A stretch of 64,000 bases of DNA from Blastocystis sp. Blastoise (lineage: Eukaryota > Protista > Bigyra: Opalinata), in assembly GCA_039096225.1 (NCBI GenBank), contig JBBPEB010000011.1:682001-746000 (forward strand), given 5' to 3'. The position numbers and the translations under genes are program-made. The notes beneath the pieces were generated by a model that ran no database searches, was not told the DNA's origin, and was given only the letters and a program-made list of their open reading frames with translations. Shown one piece after another: positions 13,806-29,161 of the stretch (within the stretch, counting starts at the first letter, position 1; every line of letters begins with the position of its first letter).

Positions 13806-15801
13806 ATGGAAGCTTCTCAAACACTTAAAGAACCTTTAGTTACTAAAGAATCAAAAGCAAAAACTATTTGGTCTAAAATTATACATTGTTCTTACGTTCA
13901 TATAATTCTTTACTTCCTTATTGTCTGCGGATGCCACTACTTAGCCTATACCAAGAATATGATGAATGGAGGTATCTTTTGTTGTTATACAGAATTTATC
14001 ATTATTCTTTTATTTCTTATTTAGACTTTACTATTGTGTATAAATCTGTTCAATATCGTTACATCAATTCTTTTTACATCATGCTTTACGTTATTGGCTT
14101 TATTGGATTCCTCTCTCAATTCAAAACTATTCACTATTATCTTAATGTATGTTTTCAGTTGCAGTACCTTGTTCTTATATAACATTTTATATAGATGAGT
14201 GTCTTCAATAACAAATACTATATGAAATGGATGCCAAAAACTTACATGGACTTATTATTAACCATTTGCATTCTTACTGTCAATGTATACTGGTTATATT
14301 ACATCATTCCCTCCATTAAATATAACAATGATGCTCTTACATATATATGTCGTATTCTTGCTCCTTATTTAAATTTACTTTGGGCACTCTCTGTATATAG
14401 TTTTTTTTTATAGTTATTTTATTATTATTTATTATTATATAGTTATTATTATATAGTTTTTTTTTATAGTTATTTTATTATTATTTATTATTATATAGTT
14501 ATTATTATATAGTTTTTTTTTTATAGTTATTTTATTATTATTTATTATTATATAGTTATTATTCTGTACTCGTAATACTATTTGGTCCTCTGTATTCCAT
14601 ATGCCTCATGTATATAATAATATTATTATTATAAATAATTATATAATTATATATATAGGTTTTCCAACTTGTTTTCCATAGATATATTGGTATTACTACA
14701 TTCTTTGTTGTATATATATATATATATATAATTTATATTATTATTATTCTGTATATCTATAGATGATTGTTCACTTTTTAAGTATATTTATACGTTGGAT
14801 GTTAGATGGCCATTGGGAATATTTCTTAAACTTTCATGTATATAGGATAATATATAAAATGATTCATTATTTGTTTTTTTATTATTAACAATATTCTATT
14901 TTTCTATTTATTTATTGAAACATATTTTTATTTATTGTTATTCTTATATATATAGGCTAAATGGTTGAAATTAGATTTCGCTGCTGCTACTACCATATTA
15001 GTTTGGTTCTCTCCTCTCTTTATCTATGCCTTCATAACATCCCTCCCTTGGATAAGAAGAGCATGCTGGGAAGTGTTCTATATTGTATATCTATTCATTT
15101 ATTTATTATTTTATTTATGTATTATTTATTTACTATGTATTTATTTATTATTATTTTATTTATGTATTATTTATTTATGTATTATTTATTTATTATTTAT
15201 GTATTTATTATTTATTTATTTATTATTATTTATTTATTTATGTATTTATTTATTTCAATTATGTATATAGCCTCATGGAGTCATCTGTTTATTTATAGTC
15301 TTCTTTGCTTGTATATATATATTATTTATTATTATTATTATTATATAGTATTCCACTCCATGAATAGTTATCGTTATTTTTCCGTTGGACTTCTTCTCTA
15401 TGTATTCGATAGAATCAAGCGTCACGTGGACAGAAATCTTGTACGTTACAAGATCAATAAAATTGAAACAGATCATGGTATATATATAAACTTGTTCATA
15501 TTTATAATAATTGATATATTATTAATATAAACATATAGGTATTATACGTCTTGATATTTCTCCTAAGGGACCTCTTTATTCTTCTCTTCCTCTTCCTGGT
15601 CAATATATATTCCTCAATATTCATATCCTTCTATATATACATACATTATTTTACACATATATATATATGCTATTATTATTATTATTGTATACTATTCATG
15701 TATTCTTAATATGTATACCTAAAGTATCTTTCAATGAATTCCATCCTTTTACTGTTGCTGATGTTAACGGCAATCACGTGCTTCTTCATATCAAGGTATA
15801 C

Positions 15802-15854
<53 letters not shown>

Positions 15855-16067
15855 ATATAGCCTATGAATGGACCTAAGACTTGGACAAATCGTTTACATA
15901 CATATATAAATGAAAGAAGAGTTAATGAAATCTCTTCTATTTATGTTGAAGGACCCTATGGTGAAACAGCTGATATTGACCATGAGTCTACTATTGTTTA
16001 TATTGGCGCTGGAGTCGGTTTTGCAGGATTATCTCATCATTTATTAGTATATATATATATCTATATA

Positions 16068-16104
<37 letters not shown>

Positions 16105-16198
16105 GAATACTGTAAGAAGATATGAAAATGGTGAATTACCTAAATTAAAGCAAATTGATGTTTATTTAACACTTATTGATGATGGTATATACATACTA

Positions 16199-16240
<42 letters not shown>

Positions 16241-16711
16241 TATATAGAATATTTATATTGGTATGCTGATCAATTAACTTATTTAAAGGTATATATATAT
16301 ATATATTATCATTATTATTCTATAGAGTTGTTCAATTGTTCATTTACATATAAATATAACATTCTCTAAATATACTGAAAAGAAGTCTAATATATATAAT
16401 AATCAATCTAGCGGATGTTACACTCTTCGTATATATTCTATTATTCATTTATATTATTATTCTATATATTCATATTTATTATGATTCTAATAATATTTAT
16501 TCTCTATATAGGAGATATACTGGAATCAACTCCTACTTTTGAGTTTTCTATTGGTCGTATGGATCCTAAAGTTACTATTCAACAATATAATAAGAGCGAA
16601 CGTCAAGTATTCTTTATTTGTGGACCAAATGCTCTTTATAATAATACCTGTAATCAAGTCTATACATATTTAAAGAAGAGTACTGTATATACAGATCCTT
16701 TCGATATGTAA
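13806..16711 (+). CDS. Ferric reductase / NADPH oxidase-like flavocytochrome (about 14-15 exons, one U12-type AT-AC intron)
   Basis: FHRYIG heme His, WEVFYIPH, PGQYIFLNIPKVSFNEFHPFT, VEGPYG, GAGVGF, GRMD, FICGP motifs. Confidence 0.9.
15623..15718 (+). other. U12-type (minor spliceosome) AT-AC intron
   Basis: 5' ATATCCTT, branch-like TTCTTAAT ending 8 nt before the intron end (terminal AC); removal restores FLNIP-KVSFNEFHPFT. Confidence 0.88.
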
Positions 16712-17304
16712 ATTATAACTAATTATATAATATATTATTATTTCATTTGATTTTGTATATATTTATTTTGTTTTCTCTCATATTCTTACTATTCGTTCAC
16801 TCTTTGCTTTTATTATTCTATTTCTTTGTACTTGTCGATATTCTTTCCAAATTTTTCAATAATGTCAACGTTTTGTTTCTTTATCATTATATTTATAATA
16901 ATAATGAATTCATTTTATTATTCAACCAATAAATTAATGTTCACATTATTATTATTAACCTTTTTATATTAGTATCAACTTGAAAAAACTAAAGATAATC
17001 AGTAATTTAATAATCTCCATTTTCTTTATCAATAAATTGATCACATATACTTTTCTAATAATTAAGTTTTTATGATGTCCAAAAAGTATATAATATTTAT
17101 TTTTTATTTTTTATTTAAAACAAAACAACTTATATAATAATATTAATTCCCTAAAAAATGAAATGAAGTGAAAAATTTATATTGTAAATTAATTGTAAAA
17201 AAGTGAAAAGAAAAGAATAGAGTAACAAATATATATCTATAACAAATAATTCTCTATTATACAAATACTATTCACAATATGAAAACATTATTGTTTATAG
17301 TATA

Positions 17305-17382
17305 TTAATTATTAGTAGCAGCGACAGGAATAGCAGAAGCTTGAGTAGCCTTAAATATACGTGCACCTTCTCCATCCTTATA

Positions 17383-17423
<41 letters not shown>

Positions 17424-20400
17424 GTATATAAAATGCACTACAATAAAAGAATATATATATAATTATATTTATATATTATTATTATATATACGCATGTTCA
17501 TGAACACCAGAAACAGCTCTTCCTGAACATTCACCATTAGTAGCAACCATCTATATATATATATATATATATATATAGTATTCAATAATAATGAAATAAT
17601 AATTTTTAAAAAATATTTTTTTAATATTTTTTTATTTATATCAATATACTTTTTTAAATGCTAAGTCCCATTCAACGGCAGCAGGTGTTGAGCATGCGAC
17701 AGAGGGTCCTCCAGGAACAGTACGTGCCTCAGATTCTGTTGGATAATACTTACTGAAGATGCTATATATGAAAAATGTGACTATAGTATTATTTACATAT
17801 AATCATGTATATAAGAAAGAATATAAAAGAAAGATAATTAATATATATATATATATATACGATCTATATAAGTATTGTTCTTTTGTTTTGGGTGTATTAA
17901 TAGGGAATCGGTGAGGAGCTGTTTTCATTTGTTGATCCGTCACTTCATTTTCAGCAAGATCCCTCAGTGCGTCAATCCATCCATAACCGACTCCATCACT
18001 AAATTGTTCTTTTTGTCTCCATAATATGTTATTAGGTAAATAAGGATCTTCAGGAGTATCAAATGCACTTCTTAATAACCATTTCTCCATACGTTTCTCT
18101 CCAGGATGAGTGGATGATAATTTATCAATAGGATCAACAGACATAGCAACATCCAAGAAAGAACGTTCTAAGAATGGAACACGACCCTCAACTCCCCAGG
18201 AACACAAAGCTTTATTGGCTCTTAAGCAGTCGTAGTAATGAAGCAAATCCAATTTAGATACCTTTAAATATATAGTATAGTATATATAATAGATGATAAA
18301 ATACTAATTAGTGTGTTTATATATATATAATTAAAAATAGTATCTAAATACAGTTTCTTTATGAAGAGCTTCCTTAGAAGGTGCCTTATGGAAATATAAA
18401 TATCCTCCAAATATTTCATCAGCCCCTTCTCCAGAAATAACCATCTTTACACCCATAGCTCTATATATATATATATTATAATTATTTTATTATTATATAT
18501 ATTATATTTATTATATTTATATTTATTATATATATTATTATATATATTATTATATATATTATTATATTTATTATTATATTTATTATTATATTTATTATTA
18601 TATTTATTATATTTATTATATTTATTATATTTATTATATTTATTATATTTATTATTATATATATTATTATATATATTATTATATATATTATTATATATAT
18701 TATTATATATATTATTATATATATTATTATATATATTATTATATATATTATTATATATATTATTATATATATTATGTTTATTATTAAATAGACGAAATAG
18801 AATAGAACAATGGTAACATAACATAAAAATAGTTATTTATATAAACTTATTAATATGTATATATACTTGATCTTTCTAGCCATAAGAAACATAGGTGTTG
18901 ATGCACGTATAGTTGTACAATCATAAGTTTCTAACTATATTAATAGAAAATGAGATATATAGATTAACATTATGTATATAATATATATAATATGTATTAT
19001 AATATATATATAATATATATACATGATAAATAACATCTGAGATAACATCTAATCCTTCTTGAATTGTATATTTATACTCATGATGATGAGTACCTAAATA
19101 AGTAGCCACTTCACGTGCAGCCTTAAGATCTGGTGAACCTATAAATAATCATGGGAATAGCAATTATAACAATAGTAATTGTAACAATAATAAAAGCATT
19201 ATAATTGTAAATATAATAAACATTATAAATATTACATATATTATAAATATTACATATATTATAAATATTACATATATTATAAATATTACATATATTATAA
19301 ATATTACATATATTATAAATATTACATATATTATAAATATTACATATATTATAAATATTACATATATTATAAATATTACATATATTATAAATATTACATA
19401 TATTATAAATATTACATATATTATAAATATTACATATATTATAAATATTACATATATTATAAATATTACATATATTATAAATATTACAAATATCACAAAT
19501 ATTACAAATATTATAAACAATATAAATATAACAAACATTATAAAAATACCAATTATAAATACTATAAATAAAGTAAATAATACATAATAAACAGAATAAA
19601 CTTATCTATACCTTCAAGACCAATCGAGAAAGAGTGTAAAACAGGCCAATTTCCTTCTTTTTCTTTCTTTATATGTCTCATAGCAATAGAGGCAACAAGA
19701 GAAGAATCTAAGCCGCCAGAAAGTAAGACTCCCCACGGGACATCGGACATCATACAACTAATCACAGATTTCTCAAAAGACTATTTAAAAAATAATTATA
19801 AGGATTCTATTTAATTAATAAATAACAACTAAAAAAATCATTATTATAATATTAATATACTTCTCGTATGACTTGAAGATCTGCAGGTGTTGTAGGAATA
19901 ATTTCCCTCCATAAAGGATTATAATAACGTATATAATCAGAAGAATCATCAGTCATATAATGACCAGGAGGAAACACTTCAATACGTGTACACACATCAC
20001 AAATAGCTTTCATTTCACTAGCTACCCAAATATGACCATCAACATCCCAACCAATATAAAGAGGAATAACACCGATAGGATCACGAGCTATCATATATTT
20101 GCCAGATTGTTCAGACATAACAAAAGCAAACATTCCTTCTAATTTATTCATAAATTGAGTACCATACTTTTTGTAGAGAGGTAAAATAACTTCACAATCA
20201 GAACCTGTTCGAAAAGGATAATCTTTAAATTCCGTTCGTAATTGTTCATAATTATAAATTTCACCATTAACACATAAAGCAACACTTGTTGAATCATCCA
20301 ATAAAGGTTGATGACCACTTTCAGGATCAATAATAGCCAAACGTTCATGAGCTAAAATGGCTTTATCTTGAACTTCAATACCACTCCAATCAGGACCACG

Positions 20401-20496
20401 ATGCCTTAAGCGTTGAGCCAAACTGACTATCTTCTTTCTCAACTCACTTTTGTTTTCACATTGTTCTAAACCAAGTAATACACAAATACCACACAT
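17305..20496 (-). CDS. ASNS: Glutamine-hydrolysing asparagine synthetase (9 exons)
   Basis: MCGI Ntn start, [46 protein letters not shown]. Confidence 0.97.
18490..18775. repeat. Intronic 9-12 bp AT minisatellite
   Basis: (TATATATATTAT)n/(TATATTTAT)n inside an ASNS intron. Confidence 0.9.
19222..19500. repeat. Intronic 18-bp tandem repeat (about 15 copies)
   Basis: (ATAAATATTACATATATT)n. Confidence 0.92.
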
Positions 20497-21148
20497 TTTC
20501 TTTTTAAAACTATCAATAAAGTTACTGTCAACGAAACAGTCAACAAAATAAAATATGGTTTATCTGTATACATTATCAAGGATAAGAAAAGTGTTGACAC
20601 AATATATTGTTTTGTTACAAGATATTTAGAGAAATTTCTTTAGTAAATGGATCTACTTTTCCTTCACAAATTATGGATGAAAACATGTGTGTCATTTTCA
20701 ACGACCAATAAATTAAGATTCACTACATTTCTCATTTTGTTATCTATTTTCTCTTTCATTCTAATTATGTTTGAAACTTCTTATATTTTTTTATTCAAAA
20801 CTAATTATAATCTGATTATCAACGCTTTATTCTAGCCTTGTTCGTTAATTTTAAAGGTTTTTTAAATGAATTAAATTCTTATGCTAATTGAAGAATATAT
20901 AAATAATTATAGTTTTACAATGTAGTAAGAGTGAATGCATGCATTGAAAACACAAATAAAAGCTTATTTTCAAAAATATGAATTTTCTAATTGAACACTA
21001 ATAACCTTGTTGGCTTCTCTATATAATGTAGAAACCGGTTTTGAACATATTTCAATAAAATAATGCATATATACACAATAAGAAAAACTGTATACAAAGT
21101 GATAATATCATTATAGTTAGATATCAGTAAAATTTAAATAAATCAAGT

Positions 21149-21221
21149 GGTCGCGTGGCCTAATGGATAGGGCACCAGACTTCGGATCTGGGGGTTGCGG
21201 GTTCGAGTCCCGCCGTGATCG
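21149..21221 (+). tRNA. tRNA-Arg (anticodon TCG)
   Basis: Acceptor GGTCGCG/CGTGATC, D-arm TGGCCTAATGGATAGGGC, anticodon stem CCAGA-CTTCGGA-TCTGG, T-loop GGTTCGAGTCC, downstream T tract. Confidence 0.97.
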
Positions 21222-21435
21222 TTTCTTTTAACTTTTTTTGTTTTTTGCTCAACATATTTTTTATTATAACTTCATTGAATATAACAAATAAGAATAGTTA
21301 AGCGTGTACAAGTTTTTAAAATATCAAATGGAAGTTAAAACGTATTTTTATTAGAATAACATACATGAAGAAACTGAGTAAAAACAAATAAATAGAAAAC
21401 AAAAGAATTTTTCTTTTGTTTTAGAAATAATATAA

Positions 21436-23197
<1,762 letters not shown>

Positions 23198-23750
23198 ATA
23201 TTCTTATTTTTATCAATTCTATATTTTATTTTATTGTAATCTTCAGATATTACTTAATCACTTGCTTGTTTTCAAATAAAAGCAAATAATTGATCTACAA
23301 ACCTCTTTATTTTGCAAAAAATAAACATTTTCAAATTATCTACATACACTCTATAGTATGAATAAAAATAAATAATGCTATTACTAAATTCTTAAGCCAC
23401 CTCTTCATTAATTTCCTCAATAAATCAACTTTTGGCATATCTTCCGAATACTAAAGTTATTAAGATTATCTAAAAGTTTGAAATATATAAAAATATTTCA
23501 AATATACATAAATATCACTCAGTAACACAATAAGAAACATAAAAGGAGAATTTATTGATTGGAGAAAAAAGTAGGACTGAGGAAAATAGGACTTCTAAAC
23601 TGATTCTAAAATAATTACCGTGATTCTAACGAAATTCGTAGAGAAAAATATATTTGTTTCAAGAATTTTTTTTTCCCAGAAGGTAGCGAAAAAGAGTCGG
23701 TCTCTATTACTTTTAAATTGTATCTATATACTATTGTAATTAACATCCAA

Positions 23751-24743
23751 ATGAATTCATCTTCAGAAGCTAAGATTGTTGTCGTAGGAGCTATCGGTAT
23801 GGATATTTATATTTCGACTCCTTATGTGTTTTTCACATTTAGAGGTTGGTAAAACGTCTATTTCGAATCGTTATGTAAGGAATGAGTTTGTTTCAGAAAC
23901 AAATGCAACAATTGGCGCATCATACCTTATGAAAAATGTTACTATCGGTGATAATTCTGTATTATTGAAACTTTGGGATACTGCAGGTATTTTTTATAAT
24001 ACCCTATGTAAAAAATATTATTAAATTTAAATAGGTCAAGAACGATTCAAAACAATGGGTAGTCTTTATTTCCGCCAAATTAACTCTGGTATTTTATAAT
24101 ATTTATTTAAATATATTAATCATTTATTATTATATTTTGTGATTCTTGTTTTCGATTTATCAAGCCCTACTTCTCTTGAAGCTATTCCAGGATGGTATAA
24201 TGAAGTTAAGAAATATAACTTAGGTTCTACATGTATATTATTTATATATTTACATATATATATTTTATTATTGTTTATTTATTTGTTATTATATTTTTTT
24301 TTGTTTATTTATTCATTATTATATTTATTTTTGTATTTATATTTATTATTATATTTATATTTATTATTATATTATTTTTATATTTATGTTCATTATTATT
24401 ATTACTATATATATATACTATATAGATTCTATATTCCTTGTGGGTAATAAATCGGATTTACAACAAAAAGTATCAGATGAAGCTATTAAAGAAATATCAA
24501 AATCCATTGGTGCTAAATATTTTACTACATCTGCTAAGAATGGACAAGGTATTTGTTCATTCTTATATTATTAATTTATTTTTATTATTTATTAAATTAT
24601 TTTATTATAATATTTTATTTTGAAATTATTTTTTTCATATTCAAGTAAAATAATTATATATATATATATATGTAGGTATTGATGAATTATTTGTAAATGT
24701 TGCCATGAGCGTTATTCGTAATATTTCCCCAAACACGAATTCA

Positions 24744-24781
<38 letters not shown>

Positions 24782-24997
24782 ACTTTCTATTTATACTCTT
24801 ATGATAAATATATATTTAAATTCTGATATAATATTTGGTTATAAACTATATATATAATAATTAATATGTATATGGTAATATATATCTATTCTTTAGCTAT
24901 ACCCAAACCTCCTCCTTCTTCTATGAATAGTAATACAAACAATCAATCTAATGAAGAACAACGAGAATCAAAAGCTTGTTGCTGTTCTATCTATTAA
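23751..24997 (+). CDS. Rab-family small GTPase (Rab5/21-like), 7 exons, one GT-TG intron
   Basis: KIVVVGAIEVGKTS, TIGASY, WDTAGQERF, VGNKSDL, TSAKNG, C-terminal CCCSIY. Confidence 0.93.
24089..24139 (+). other. Non-canonical GT-TG intron
   Basis: Contains no AG and has an in-frame TAA; removal gives YFRQINSVILVFD with canonical Rab spacing. Confidence 0.8.
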
Positions 24998-25370
24998 ACT
25001 TCTTCATTTCTATATATATATATATATTTATTTATTGTTTATTATGTTTTGTTAAATTATTATTTTATTCTTAGATACACATTTTTTATTTGTGTATTTT
25101 TATAAAATTTCTGTTTCTTGGTGAATATGTAGTTGCTTCTTATTTGTTTTTAGTTATTATTATATAATTATTAGTAGATATATTATTAATTATATGATAT
25201 CTCAAATGATATATATTTATTTTCTAAACTAAACATGTTTCTTTTTTATATAATAGCTTTGTATATATACAAGCAACAAGCGAGAGCAAACATATATATA
25301 TTTAAAAAAAGAATAGTTTTTCTTATACATTTAAAATATATACAAAGACTTAAAAATATAAAAAATCACT

Positions 25371-26249
25371 TTAACAACGATTAGCATTGAAAGATTCTCC
25401 TTTGATATTGAATTCTCCCTTAAGAATATTAGAGGGATTCTTCTTTGTATATCCTTCTTGTTGTCCACCTACAGTAAATGAGATAGAACCAGGGAGAGTA
25501 ACATAAGTCTTATCATCATTACCTAAGACAGCCATAGATCTTGGAGATAATTCAATAGTAACAGTCTTCGTTTCACCAGGATAAAGATGGATACGATCAA
25601 AGTTACCAAGTTGTTTAAGAGGCCAATCATCATATTTGACATCATTCCAAGTTAAGAAAACAAAGATGACTTCATCTGACTCGTATTTACCAGTATTCTT
25701 GACATCAATGGTAATCTTTTGAGTTTCACAAGTAGCAACAGAGGGTTCGTAACGAAGATTAGAATATTCGAAAGAAGTGTAAGTATATATATAGTTAAGT
25801 TTAATATATAACTTTATTTATATAGAGATTATTATTATTATTTATGAATATATATATATACGATAAACCATATCCAAAAGGATAGAGAGGTTCACCTTGT
25901 TTATTATTATCCCAGAATCTATAGGTCATTCCGTGCATGGTATAATTTACAATAGGAAGTAATTACAGAACAAAAAGGATATATATATATATGTATATAT
26001 ATAATATACTTGATCAAGAGACATAGGCCAAGTAGTAGATAATTTACCTAAAAATAATATATAATGAATAATATATATATATTAATATATACCAGAAGGA
26101 CAATAGTCACCAAATAATACTTCAGCGAAAGCAGTACCAACATGCATACCAGCATAAGGAGAAGTATATATAGCATCGACGATGCCTTCGACCTCATGAA
26201 GATCTAATGCACCAGCGTTCTATTTATAATAAAAAGGAATAATAATAAT

Positions 26250-26339
<90 letters not shown>

Positions 26340-28111
26340 GAAAGCAATAACTTTCTTTCCAGAAGCAACAGCATCCTTAATCATATCCATTTGATGTCCA
26401 GGAAGTTGAATATCTTTTCTATCTCTACCTTCAGCTTCAATACTTCTATCTAAACCAGCAATAACTACCATAATATCAACTTGATCCGCAACTTTCTTAG
26501 TAGCTTCAGCATCATATTCGTCACATGCAACACCCTTACAAGCAGATTCATATACGACTCTATCTTCTCCTAATAATCTCTTGAGACCAGTAACAGGTTG
26601 AATATCATAAGAAGGATTAGCATGATAATCACCAAAGGCGGCAGCCCAACCGTTCATACCATGATTGCCTACTACACCAATCTTCTTAATAGAATTTCTA
26701 TCAAGAGGAACAATATTATTCTTATTCATTAATAAAGCAATAGATTGTTCAGCACCTTCAGTAGCTAACTTAAGATGTTCAGGCTTTTCAGCTTCATCGC
26801 TATTTAACTTCTTATATTCACACATATCTTCAGGATCAAATTCACCTAATTTCATACGAGCCATAAAAAGTCTTTTAGTAGCTTGAATAATATCGGAAGG
26901 ATTCAAAAGTCCACGTCGAAGTGATTCAGGTAATTTAGTATAAGCATTATCCATAAAGGAAGTATCTTCTAAATCACAACCAGCTAATACAGAAAGAGCA
27001 GCAGCACTTTCCCAATCATAAGCATAATGATGTTTAGAATATTCATTTTCAATAGCTTCTTGATCAGAAATAACATAACCATCGAATCCCATTTCATCTC
27101 TAAGAATATCTTGAAGTAAGTGTCTATTAGCACAAGCAGGTATACCATTAATAGCATTATAGGAACACATGGCACTATATGCTCCTGCCTTAACACCATA
27201 TTCAAATGCTATATATATATATATGTATATATATGAAAATAGAATGTTTATTATATATATATAAATAAAAATAAACAAAATAAATATATATATATATATA
27301 CCAGGAACATAGTTAGTTCTCCATTCTCTTTCAGTAACAAGAGCATTAAAACTACCTCTATCTACAGGAATATTTTCAGGACCACAATGTACATCATAAT
27401 GTTTAATAGTAGCAATAGCTTTGAAATAACGGTCATTATCGCCTTGTAAGCCTTTAACCATTTCAGCACCTAAAATACCATTAACCACGGGACATTCACC
27501 ATAACTATAGGGAAAAAATTAATATAATAATAATAATATAATAAATATAATAATAATAATATTACATAATAATAATAATATTACATAATAATAATAATAA
27601 ATATAATATAATAATAAATATAAATATAATAAGCATACGTTTCTTGACCTCTTCCCCAAAGAGGGTGTCTGAAGATATTTACAACAGGCGTCCAGCAAGT
27701 AATACCAGCATGTACCTTATAAACACCCTCTTTAACGTAATCATTATGTTTACCACGAACTTCATCAGCAGTATATTCAGCAATTTGATGAACAAGAGTT
27801 CTGTTAAATGAATAAGAAGTAGCAAGAGCAATAGGGAAAGCAGTAGTATTACCAGTAGCAGGGCCAATATCTCCTGCAATACATTCAGCACTGAAGACAA
27901 AAGGTTTAATTCCAAGTCTTTCAATAGCACCAGTAGGAAGGTTACCATTACCTCCATAAGCCATTTGATCAATCATTTCTTGAATTGTAAGACGTCCAAC
28001 AAGATCATCAACACGATCTTCAAAAGAAAGTGATGGATCTTGGAATGGGAAATCATACCTCAGTCTTGCAGCAAAGACTAAGGCGACAAAAAACACCAAA
28101 ACAAACTTCAT
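25371..28111 (-). CDS. Secreted GH3 glycoside hydrolase (beta-xylosidase/beta-glucosidase) with Fn3-like domain, 7 exons, 3 non-canonical introns
   Basis: Signal peptide, [61 protein letters not shown]. Confidence 0.95.
25783..25861 (-). other. Non-canonical GT-AC intron
   Basis: Removal restores FGYGLSYTSFEY; the only internal AG shifts the frame. Confidence 0.85.
25963..26009 (-). other. Non-canonical GT-AA (or GT-TA) intron
   Basis: No AG inside; removal gives [20 protein letters not shown]. Confidence 0.78.
26220..26333 (-). other. Non-canonical AT-AG intron
   Basis: Begins ATATATAT; removal gives [14 protein letters not shown]. Confidence 0.7.
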
Positions 28112-29161
28112 TTGTTATTAACTAACAAAATAAATATGAATTCACAAAGAATATTATTTCTGAAGCAAAAATCTTTACGAAGTTCAGATTCAAATGACGC
28201 ATTTATTGTCATCATATATCTCAAAAATCATCCTTTAATTTGCAATAACAGAATTCAATTCTTTTAAAGATTATCACGAGAAATCTAAATATTTGGCTAT
28301 ATTTTTTTCAATTTTTAAGTTTATTATTATTCATTTGCTTTCCAGATTATGAGCAAATGAACTCAATCTTTTAACAATTTTGTTTCTCAAAATCACAAAT
28401 ACTATTGGATATAAACAAGAGGAACATGATTATATGTATTCCAGGCAATCGTTTTCTATAGAAACTTTATCTTTTACTCTGTTTTCTATGCACAATATTG
28501 CTTCATCGTAGCCTAACATATACTGTAACTCTTCTAATATATAAGATATATAACATAGCTTATAGAGAATATATGGGTTTCAATTAAAAAAATTTAAATT
28601 TTTGTTAAGAAAATGCTATTCTTCGCATATATTGGAAACATATATGTTTCTTTGGACTCTTATTGATGCGTACAAAATCTATTTATTTATAGTTATGAGC
28701 ATGTCAAGTCATTTTGACGGTAAATACAGGTTGAAATAATGACGTCAATGTGAGTTGTATGATTACAAACATCATCTCTATGCTTGTGTTCATTAAAAAA
28801 AATATATAATAACAAAAAAAAAGAGGATTTCACATGAAATTCCATATTAGTAACCAATAATAAATAAATATGGATACCCCATAATACAAGAAGTGGAATG
28901 TAAAATTCTTTATAGGTAATTAAGAATAGCTTACATTCAAGAAATATTAAGAAATGACAAAATAAAACATATAAATGACAACAGAATAATATGTATGTAA
29001 AATAATTTCTTGTATATCTTATATTTAAAAAAAAATATCAAATATAATAAGTATAAAAGAAATAAACAAATTAGATAAGTATAATATGAAAAAGGACAAC
29101 GTAGATATATATATATATATAATAGATAATGATTATATATTATGATTATATAGTGATTTGC

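Noticed and set aside
19222-19500. Regular 18-bp repeat array resembling CRISPR
   Set aside because: No unique spacers, intronic, eukaryotic context, no cas genes
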